From assembly GCA_015232565.1 (NCBI GenBank), contig JADFZK010000004.1, positions 11,907 through 75,906 on the forward strand: 64,000 nucleotides of DNA. Reading direction: 5' to 3'. The notes under the pieces are model-generated. The model was not told the origin of the DNA. It saw only the letters and a program-made list of their open reading frames with translations, and ran no database searches. The translations under genes and the position numbers were made by a program. Below are positions 25,801-37,800 of the stretch, in pieces. This DNA is from Candidatus Omnitrophota bacterium. GTDB taxonomy: Bacteria; Omnitrophota; Gorgyraeia; Zapsychrales; Fredricksoniimonadaceae. Positions within the stretch are counted from its first letter, which is position 1. The number at the start of each line of letters is the position of its first letter.

Positions 25801-28800
25801 CCAGTTCACGCCAATGTTACTCATGTAATTAAGATCCGACCAGTTCACCCCCGCCTGGCTCATGACATCAATATCTGCCCAATTAACACCAGTCTTGGTA
25901 AGCAAGTCAATATCGGTCCAGTTAATCCCTGTATTGCTTAGAGTGCCGATATCGGTCCAATTAACGCCGGTCTCGCTTAACCGCCCGATATCGGTCCAGT
26001 TGATTCCAGTTACACTTAATGTTTCAAAATCAGTCCAATTGATCCCGGTCAAACTAGCTGATCCGATATCTGTCCAATTAATGCCGGTGGTACTAACCAG
26101 GCCGAGATCCTGCCAATTAATACCAGTTTTAGAAATGCTTTCAACATCCGACCAATTGACACCCGTTTTAGTTAAAGTGTCAATATCCTGCCAATTAATT
26201 CCGATGGTGGTGATTGTATTGAGGTCAGACCAATTAACGCCCGTTTTGGTAAGAAGCTCTATGTCAGTCCAGTTAATACCAGTCGATGCTAAATGTTCCA
26301 CATCGGTCCAATTAATACCTGAACGGCTGATAACATCAATGTCGTTCCAGTTGACACCAGTTTTAGCCAGAACATCGATGTCCTGCCAGTTAATACCAAC
26401 GTTACTTAATACTCCGAGGTCCGACCAATTAACACCTGTTTCACTAATAACATCAATATCCAGCCAGTTAATGCCGGTAACGCTTAAAGCACCAATATCC
26501 GTCCAATTAATACCTGTCAGGCTTAAAGCTTCAACATCAGTCCAGTTAATACCCTTATTTGTTAATACATCAATATCCAACCAGTTGATTCCGTTATCAC
26601 TTAAAACCGCCACATCCATCCAGTTCACACCATTAATGGTCATCTGCGCAAAATCCGTCCAATTAACGCCAACCGCAGTCATCACGCTGAAGCTGTCCCA
26701 ATTAACTCCGGCAGTCGTTAAACTGTTTACATCCGTCCAATTAACTGCGGTCAAACTTAAGACCGCCACATCGGTCCAATTAACACCAATAGTAGTCAAG
26801 GTGTTTACATCCTGCCAATTAACGCCTGAAGTGGTCATAACCGACAGGTCATTCCAATTTACTCCAATACTGTTCATCACATTCAGGTCGGCCCAGTTAA
26901 CACCGATATTGCTCATGTAATTCAGATCCGACCAGTTGACTCCTGACTGACTCATTGACTCAATATCCGTCCAATTAACACCAGTCTTAGTAAGCAGGTC
27001 GATATCGGTCCAATTGATCCCGGTATTGCTTAAGGTGCCGATATCGGTCCAATTAACACCGGTTTCACTTAACCGGCCAATGTCGGTCCAGTTTACCCCG
27101 GTTACACTTAGAGCCTCAATATCAGTCCAATTTAAACCAGTCAAACTTAATGACCCGATATCAGTCCAATTTATTCCAGTAGCACTTAAACGGCCAATAT
27201 CTTGCCAATTTATTCCTGTTGTGGAAAGTCTTTCAATATCAGACCAATTAACACCAACCTTAGTTAAAGTGTCAATGTCTTGCCAGTTAATACCAGTTAT
27301 GCTAACGGTTTCAATGTCTGTCCAGTTCACTCCGGTCGTAGATAAAGTTTCAATATCTGTCCAATTTATTCCTGTGTTACTCAATGTGGATAGATCAGTC
27401 CAATTTATTCCAGTGTTAGTAATTGAATCAATATCTGACCAGTTAACACCTGAATCACTTAACAAAGCAATATCATTCCAATTTACGCCATCGGCGGTCA
27501 GTTGCGCAAAATCAGTCCAGTTAACGCCAACCGCAGTCATTACACTAAAGTTATCCCAATTCACTCCTGCTGAAGCCATTAAATCGAGATCAGACCAATT
27601 TACTGTAGTTTCGCTTAAAACCGCCACATCATTCCAGTTAACTCCGGCTAAACTGAGCGAGCTCACATCATGCCAATTGACACCGGCAGTTGTCATAACC
27701 GAAAGATCATTCCAGTTAACACCTAAGCTGTTCATAACATTGAGATCTGACCAATTTACCCCAATATTACTCATATAATTAAGATCGGACCAATTTACCC
27801 CGGAACGACTCATCAAATCAATATCATTCCAGTTAACATTGGTTTTACTTAGAGTATCAATGTCTTGCCAATTGACCCCAGTAGTAGAAAGTGTTTCAAT
27901 ATCAGTCCAATTAATTCCGGTTTTAAATAAAACGTCAATGTCTTGCCAGTTAATACCGGATTTAGCTAAAACATCGACATCCGCCCAATTAACACCAGTT
28001 GCAGATAAAACACCGATATCCGTCCAATTAATTCCTGTGCGGCTAAATGTGTTTATATCTTCCCAATTTAATCCGGTCATGCTAAGCGCGGAAACGTCCA
28101 TCCAATTAATACCTTGCGTGCTTATTTGCGAAATATCAGACCAATTCACATTTGCAGTGGACATGGTAGTAATATCATCCCAATTCGCACCTGCTATTGA
28201 TAACGTTGCAATATCAGTCCAGTTAATACCAGAAACAGACATTGCATCAAAATTTGTCCAATTAATACCTGAAACTGTCATTGTTTCAATATTGGACCAA
28301 TTAATACCACTTTGAGTCAAAGAGCCTATATCCGTCCAATTAACGCCAGTTTCACTCAAAGAACCAATATCAGACCAGTTAATAGCGGTACGCGACAAGG
28401 TCTCGATATCCGTCCAATTGATTCCCATATCCGACATGGTTTGAATATCATCCCAGTTTACACCTTTAGCACTCAGGACTTGAATATCAGTCCAGTTAAT
28501 GCCTACCAGGGACATCAAAGCAACATCAAACCAATTTACACCGGTAGAACTTAATGTTTGAATATCATCCCAATTAATATTTGTTTTGGTCAAACTTTGA
28601 ATGTCATTCCAGTTAACTCCGGCTTGAGTAAGCGTTGAAATATCCGACCAATTTACCCCGTTAACCGACATGGTTCCAATATCTATCCAATTAATACCAG
28701 CAACTGAAATTGTTTCAATATCAGACCAATTAACTCCAGACAAGCTTATTTGTTCAATATCTTGCCAATTAACCCCTTGATTGGACAGCACATCAATGTC

Positions 28801-31800
28801 TAACCAGTTAACTCCTTGTGTAGTTAAAACACCAATATCAATCCAATTGATCCCAGTAGTGGAAATAGTTTCAATATCTAACCAATTAATACCTTTCTTT
28901 GAAATAACTTCAAAATCAGCCCAATTAATACCAGTATTACTAAACACCGTCACATCGGACCAGTTTACACCTTCTTTGGAAAGCATTTCAATATCAGCCC
29001 AATTAACTCCGGATTGACTGAAAGTTCCCAGATCGATCCAATTAATACCGGTTAAACTCATGGCTCCAACATCGATCCAATTAATGCCCACAGTGGTCAT
29101 TTCACTTAAGTTATTCCAATTCAATCCCGCAGTTGAAATAACATTCAAATCGCTCCAATTAACTCCGGTTGAAGCCAGCAAACTAATATCAGTCCAATTA
29201 ACACCTGAAGTGGTTAATACTGAAATATCATTCCAGTTAACCCCAGCGTCAGTTAATATTGAAAGATCGTTCCAATTAACTCCGGCCGTACTCAAGGTTT
29301 CAATATCAACCCAATTAATTGAGCTGTTCCCCAACACACCAAAGTCGCTCCAATTGATCCCCGTCAAACTTAACGAAGCAATATCAGTCCAATTTACTCC
29401 ATTACCGCTAAGCGCACCGATATCAATCCAGTTAATGCCATTATTTGACATCGACTCTATACTCAGCCAATTAATACCAGAAGTAGACATTGCGCCAATG
29501 TCCTGCCAATTCAACGTGGTCTTGGAAAGAACATCAACATCAGACCAATTAATACCGGTAGCTGAAAGTGCCGCAATATCTTGCCAGTTAATAGAGGAGT
29601 TCGACAAAATCGACAGATCACCCCAATTAATCGCAGAATCAGACAATGCCTGAATATCCACCCAGTTGATGGCCTGAGTTGAAAGACTTTCTATGTCGGT
29701 CCAATTAACGCCTGACAAAGTAAGACTTTCAATATTGGTCCAATTAACACCATTATTGGACATTAGTGAAAGATCATTCCAATTAACACCTATTGTACTC
29801 ATTACCGAAATATCAGACCAGTTAACACCATTTTTAGAAAGCTGATCCAGATCCGACCAGTTAATGCCGGTAAGACTCAAATTTTCAATATCCGTCCAAT
29901 TAATCCCATTGGTAGATAAAGTTTGAAGGTCGATCCAGTTAATCCCTGCGTCGGTCAAAACGGCAATATCCTGCCAATTCACACCGGCTTTACTGCTGGA
30001 ATCAAGATCCGTCCAATTAATTCCTGATTGGGTTAATGCCGTTATATCCTGCCAGTTCACACTAAGAGCGGTCATTGAAGCCAAATCTTGCCAATTAACG
30101 CTACTCCGGGAAAGCGTTTCAATATCCAACCAATTAATTCCAACAGAGGTCAATGTGTCCAGATCACTCCAGTTAATACCCTGGGCTGTCAAACTACCAA
30201 GATCAACCCAATTGATGCTATTAAGGCTCATAACAGAAAGATCGTTCCAATTAACCATTGAAATACTTAATGCATTTACATCGGTCCAATTAACACCGGA
30301 CTTAGTCAAAGTCTCAATATCTATCCAATTGATCCCCGCATTTGAAAAAGAATTAATATCGGCCCAATTAACTCCTGATCTGGTCAATGTGTCCAGATCT
30401 TGCCAATTAATGCCCGCTTCGGTAAGAACATTAAGATCCGACCAGTTGACTCCAGTTAAAGACAGGGCCGCCAGATCAGTCCAATTAATTCCCGCCGCAG
30501 TGACAGCGTCAACATCCGTCCAATTTATACCCACTGCCGATAATGTTCCCAGATCCAGCCAATTAATTCCGGTTTGACTTAATACGCCTAAATCCTGCCA
30601 ATTAACTCCCGTCGCAGTGATCGTTTGTAGATCAATCCAGTTAATACCTGCACTCGCTAAAGAAGAAACATCTTGCCAATTAACTCCGGCATCCGATAAA
30701 GTTGCCAAGTCACTCCAATTAACACCGTTCAAAGAAAGTGCGGCAATATCCGTCCAATTAACTCCTGATAATGAAAGCGAATTAAGATCACTCCAATTAA
30801 CGGCGGAATCAGACAGACTTTGAATATCGGTCCAGTTAACTCCGCTAACACTTAGATTGCCAATATCGGTCCAGTTAACACCAGACAAACTAAGAGCGCC
30901 AATGTCAGTCCAGTTAACACCCGTATTGCCAAGTATCCCGATATCAAGCCAATTAATACCGGTTTTTGATAAAGTTTCAACATCACTCCAATTAACTCCT
31001 GCCTCGGTTAAAGACTGAACATCCGTCCAATTAACACCCACAGTACTGATAGTTTCAACATCAACCCAGTTAACACCGGATAACGACAATGTTTCCAGGT
31101 CAACCCAGTTAACACCCATAACAGTCATTGACTGAAGATCAGTCCAATTGACCCCGGTCATGGTCATGGACTGCAGGTCCTGCCAGTTAATCCCGGTAGA
31201 GGTAAATGATTGTACGTCGGCCCAGTTGACACCAGTACGACTTAACGTTTCAATATCAGTCCAATTAACGCCTATCCTGGTCATCGTTTCAATATCCGAC
31301 CAGTTTACTCCCTGTAAAGTCAACGACTGAACATCGATCCAATTGATACCCGCTACAGTAAGGCTTTCAATATCGGTCCAATTAATACCAGACTGGCTAA
31401 CCTCTCCAATATTCTCCCAATTGACACCCACATTGGTCATGGTCGAAAGGTCATTCCAGTTAATTCCCAGGCTGTTCATGATATTTAGATCAGACCAGTT
31501 CACTCCTACATTACTCATGTAGTTGAGATCCGACCAGTTGACTCCGGTCCGGCTCATTTGATCAATATCCTGCCAGTTAATACCGGAAAGAGTCAAATTC
31601 TCAACATCAAGCCAGTTAACACCAGCCAGGGTCATGGCGCCAATATCAACCCAGTTAACACCGGTTTTAGTAACCGCTTCAATATCCAGCCAGTTTACGT
31701 TAGCGGTCGTCAAAGCATTAACATCCGTCCAGTTAACCCCGGCGGCCGTTAAGGCACTAATATCAGTCCAATTTATAGTCGCTAAAGACATTACATTCAA

Positions 31801-34800
31801 ATCACTCCAGTTAACGCTGGAAGAGGTCAAGGTCTGCAGGTCGGTCCAGTTCACTCCGCTATCAGCCAGTGAACCAAGATCGATCCAGTTAACGCCAGAC
31901 TGACTTAATGAACCCACATCAAGCCAATTAACACCGGATAGAGTTAAAGCTTGAACATCATTCCAATTAAGCCCGGCGGCCGAAAGCGCTGACACATCGG
32001 TCCAGTTAATTCCCGCGTTGGTGAAAATGTTTATATCGCTCCAATTAACACCTGCCGTGGTCAACGTAGTAACATTATCCCAATTGACACCCGCCAAAGA
32101 CAAGGTGTTAAGGTCGCTCCAATTGATACCCGACTCACTTAATAGAGAAACATCCGTCCAATTTACACCGGCAACGGTAAATGTTTCAATATCCGTCCAA
32201 TTAATTCCGGAAGAAGTTATGGTTTGCAGATCAGTCCAGTTAATACCGGTCTGACTTAAAGCGCCGATATCTTCCCAGTTCACTCCGGTAGCGCTTAACT
32301 TGCCAATATCAGTCCAATTAATTCCGGTTGCTGAAAGCGCGCCCAGATCAACCCAGTTAATTCCAGCCGCAGAAAGAGTATTAATATCACTCCAGTTGAT
32401 ACCGGTCTGGGAGAACGCCGCAAGATCAGTCCAGTTTACGCCCGCTAAAGTGACCGCATTCAGATCACTCCAGTTTACTCCCGCATAACTTAAAGCCTGA
32501 ATATCGGTCCAATTAACTCCGCTGTCAGACATGGCACCCAGATCAATCCAGTTAACGCCGGATTGACTTAACGATCCGATGTCTTCCCAATTAACCCCGG
32601 TAGCGCTCAAAGCGCCAATATCAGTCCAGTTAATGCCAATGCGAGTTAATGAATCAATATCACTCCAATTAATGCCTTGTGTTGAAATAGCTTGTATGTC
32701 AGTCCAATTAATACCTGAAACACTTAATGAACTAATGTCAGTCCAATTAACGCCCACATCCGACAAAGCACCAATATCAGTCCAATTAACTCCTGCCAGA
32801 CTTAAACTGCCGATATCAGTCCAATTAACACCTGTCACTGTGAGCGATTGAACATCCTGCCAGTTTATCCCTGAAAAAGATAAAGCTTGAATATCAAACC
32901 AATTAACGCCAGTACCACTTAAAGTCTCAACATCCAACCAATTAATCCCGGATTCAGTCAATGATTCGATATCAGTCCAATTAACTCCCTGCATAGTTAA
33001 AGACTGAACATCAGTCCAATTAATCCCGGATAAAGTTAGTGTCTCAACATCGATCCAGTTAATACCAGATTGACTTACTGTGCCAATATTTTCCCAATTA
33101 ACACCCACATTGGTCATGGTCGAAAGATCATTCCAATTAATGCCCAGGCTATTCATAATGTTGAGGTCCGACCAATTTACGCCAACATTACTCATATAAT
33201 TCAAATCAGACCAATTAACCCCGGTTCGGCTCATTTGATCAATGTCGAGCCAATTAATACCAGTCAAAGATAAATTTTCAACATCAGTCCAGTTAACTCC
33301 GGAAAGACTTAAAGCCTCGATATCAACCCAATTAACACCAGCATTACCCAGCACAGCGATATCCTGCCAATTGACTCCAGTTTTGCTTAAGGTATCAATA
33401 TCACTCCAGTTAACACCAGCAACGGTTAACATTTGAATGTCAGTCCAGTTTACGCCGGTCTCACTTATAACCCCGACATCAGTCCAATTAACTCCGGTCG
33501 CAGCTAAAGTGCTAATGTCAGTCCAATTAACTCCGGATAAACTTAAACTTCCCAGATCACTCCAGTTAACACCAGCGTTAGTTAACGAGCCGAAATCGAT
33601 CCAATTAACCCCCGCTTTTGATAAAGTATCAACATCCATCCAATTCACACCAGCAACTGACAGAGCCGTAACATTATCCCAATTAACCCCAGCTACACTC
33701 ATAGTTTCCACATCAACCCAGTTCACACCGGATACCGATAATGTTTCCAGGTCAACCCAGTTAACACCCATAACAGTCATCGACTGAAGATCAGTCCAAT
33801 TGACCCCGGTCATGGTCATGGACTGCAGGTCCTGCCAGTTAATCCCGGTAGAGGTAAATGATTGTACGTCGGCCCAGTTGACACCAGTACGACTTAACGT
33901 TTCAATATCAGTCCAATTAACGCCTATCCTGGTCATCGTTTCAATATCCGACCAGTTTACTCCCTGTAAAGTCAACGACTGAACATCGATCCAATTGATA
34001 CCCGCTACAGTAAGGCTTTCAATATCGGTCCAATTAATACCAGACTGGCTAACCTCTCCAATATTCTCCCAATTGACACCCACATTGGTCATGGTCGAAA
34101 GGTCATTCCAGTTAATTCCCAGGCTGTTCATGATATTTAGATCAGACCAGTTCACTCCTACATTACTCATGTAGTTGAGATCCGACCAGTTGACTCCGGT
34201 CCGGCTCATTTGATCAATATCCTGCCAGTTAATACCGGAAAGAGTCAAATTCTCAACATCAAGCCAGTTAACACCAGCCAGGGTCATGGCGCCAATATCA
34301 ACCCAGTTAACACCGGTTTTAGTAACCGCTTCAATATCCAGCCAGTTTACGTTAGCGGTCGTCAAAGCATTAACATCCGTCCAGTTAACCCCGGCGGCCG
34401 TTAAGGCACTAATATCAGTCCAATTTATAGTCGCTAAAGACATTACATTCAAATCACTCCAGTTAACGCTGGAAGAGGTCAAGGTCTGCAGGTCGGTCCA
34501 GTTCACTCCGCTATCAGCCAGTGAACCAAGATCGATCCAGTTAACGCCAGACTGACTTAATGAACCCACATCAAGCCAATTAACACCGGATAGAGTTAAA
34601 GCTTGAACATCATTCCAATTAAGCCCGGCGGCCGAAAGCGCTGACACATCGGTCCAGTTAATTCCCGCGTTGGTGAAAATGTTTATATCGCTCCAATTAA
34701 CACCTGCCGTGGTCAACGTAGTAACATTATCCCAATTGACACCCGCCAAAGACAAGGTGTTAAGGTCGCTCCAATTGATACCCGACTCACTTAATAGAGA

Positions 34801-37800
34801 AACATCCGTCCAATTTACACCGGCAACGGTAAATGTTTCAATATCCGTCCAATTAATTCCGGAAGAAGTTATGGTTTGCAGATCAGTCCAGTTAATACCG
34901 GTCTGACTTAAAGCGCCGATATCTTCCCAGTTCACTCCGGTAGCGCTTAACTTGCCAATATCAGTCCAATTAATTCCGGTTGCTGAAAGCGCGCCCAGAT
35001 CAACCCAGTTAATTCCAGCCGCAGAAAGAGTATTAATATCACTCCAGTTGATACCGGTCTGGGAGAACGCCGCAAGATCAGTCCAGTTTACGCCCGCTAA
35101 AGTGACCGCATTCAGATCACTCCAGTTTACTCCCGCATAACTTAAAGCCTGAATATCGGTCCAATTAACTCCGCTGTCAGACATGGCACCCAGATCAATC
35201 CAGTTAACGCCGGATTGACTTAACGAACCGATGTCTTCCCAATTAACACCGGTCGCGCTCAAGGCGCCAATATCAGTCCAGTTAATACCAGCATCCGTAA
35301 GAGCTGTAAGATCCTGCCAATTCACACCAACATTCGATAACCGCGAGAAATCTTCCCAATTAATTGCCGAATTACTTAAGGTCTGGATATCCGCCCAGTT
35401 TAACCCGGAAACACTGAACGTTGCGACATCGGTCCAATTTACTCCAGCCATTGATAAAGACTGAATATCTACCCAATTAACGCCGATAACAGTCATGTCC
35501 CCGATATCGGTCCAGTTTATCCCGTTCATGGACAAGCGCTCCAGATCGGTCCAATTAACTCCGGTACTACTAAGTAACTCTACATCGTTCCAGTTAATTC
35601 CAGCGTTAGTCAAAGCATTAATATCTGCCCAATTTATCCCTTGAGTTGAAATGCCCAGAATATCATCCCAATTAATGTTAGTAGTAGACAATACCGCTAA
35701 GTCACTCCAATTTACCCCGTTAACCGATAAGGTTTCTATGTCCGTCCAGTTAATATTACTTACGCTCAGAGATTCAATATCTGTCCAATTAACGCCAGTT
35801 TCACTCAATCTGCCAACGTCAGCCCAATTAATACCTTCGGTTGAAAGGCGATTTATATCCACCCAGTTAACGCCGGTTACAGATAAAGCGGCAACGTCGG
35901 TCCAATTTATACCTTGAGCAGACATAGAGCCAAGATCGATCCAGTTCACACCAACAGCCGAAAGAGACGCCAAGTCATTCCAGTTTACTCCCATTGAGGA
36001 TAAAGCCGAGAGGTCCTGCCAATTAACCGACGCCAATGACAATACATTGAGATCCGTCCAATTAATGTTGGATTCAGACAAAGCCGCAATATCGGTCCAG
36101 TTGATATTAGCGGAAGCAAAAGTGTTTATGTCTGTCCAATTGATCCCCGACACTGAAAGTAATTCAATATTAGTCCAATTAACACCGCTATCCGATATGG
36201 TCTGAATGTCGAGCCAATTAACACCCTGATTGGTAAGAGTACCAAGATCAAGCCAGTTAATACCTGTTTCACTAATAACATCCAGGTCATTCCAGTTTAC
36301 ACCAGCCGCAGTCAAAGAAGCAACATCCGTCCAGTTCACACCACTGGCAGACATTACATTTATATCGCTCCAATTAATTCCGGTCTTGGACAAAGTGGTT
36401 ACATCTTCCCAATTGATACCGGCAATAGTAAGTGCCCCAATATCAGTCCAGTTTATAGCTGAAGAACTTAGCGTTTCAATTTCTGTCCAATTGACACCCG
36501 CTACCGATAAATCACCCAGATCTGTCCAGTTAATTCCAGCCGCAGTCATCGTCTGCATATTGGACCAATTTACGCCAGTAGCCGACAAAGATGCTAAATC
36601 AAGCCAATTGATATTGGAATTTGTAAAAACATCAATATCCGACCAGTTTACACCAGTCGCAGTCAAGACGGAAACATCGGTCCAATTAATGCCCGCTTGG
36701 GACATTTGATCAATATCCTGCCAGTTTACTCCGGTAGCAGATAAAGCCGCTATATCAGTCCAATTAATTCCACTAATACTGACATTCTCCACATCCGTCC
36801 AATTTATACCCGACATTGACAAACGATCAATATCCGTCCAATTGACACCAGACAATGAAAGAGCCTGGAGATCGATCCAATTTATTCCCGTTGCCGCGAT
36901 GGTCCCAACTTCATCCCAATTAACTCCAGCCTGCGAAAGCACTACAACATCATTCCAATTGATGCCTTTTAGAGATAAAGCGCCAATATCATCCCAATTA
37001 ACACCCGCCATGGTTAAAGCAGAAATATCAGTCCAATTTACCCCCGAATCCGAAACCAGCCCGACATCGATCCAGTTAATACCGGAAGTCGAAAGTGCAT
37101 TGACATCCGACCAATTTATGCCACTGTCGGCCATGACAGTGATATTTCCCCAGTTAATGCCACTGCGCGACAAAATATCAACATCGGACCAGTTAATGCC
37201 ATTGGTCGACAAAGACACGATATCGTTCCAATTTATCCCCGTTCGGCTTAGCAGGTCGATATCTCCCCAGTTAATGCCCGCAACAGAAATCGCTTCAATA
37301 TCGGTCCAGTTAACACTGGCATCACTCATGGCGCCAATATCCAGCCAATTAATACCGTTAGCCGAAAGAACGCCGATATCGCTCCAGTTAACACCGCTGG
37401 CCGACAAAGTTTCAACATCAGTCCAATTCACTCCGGTCAACGATAGCACTCCAAGGCTTTCCCAATTGATCCCGCTGGCAGTAAGAGTGTTTATATCGGT
37501 CCAGTTTATGCCTTCCGAAGTAACCCGGCCAATATCCGTCCAATTAATACCGGTTGAACTGATCACCCCAATATCGATCCAGTTAACGCCTTCCTGCGAA
37601 AGCGAAACAATATCGGTCCAATTAATACCGGCAACTGATAAAGAACCCAAATCAGTCCAGTTTACATTAGAGTAGCTCAAACTATTGATGTCGCCCCAAT
37701 TGATATTACTAGCCGCCATTAGGGAAATATCGCTCCAATTAACACCCGCTTCTGATAAAGACCCAATATCAAGCCAATTAATACCCTGAAGACTCATGGT

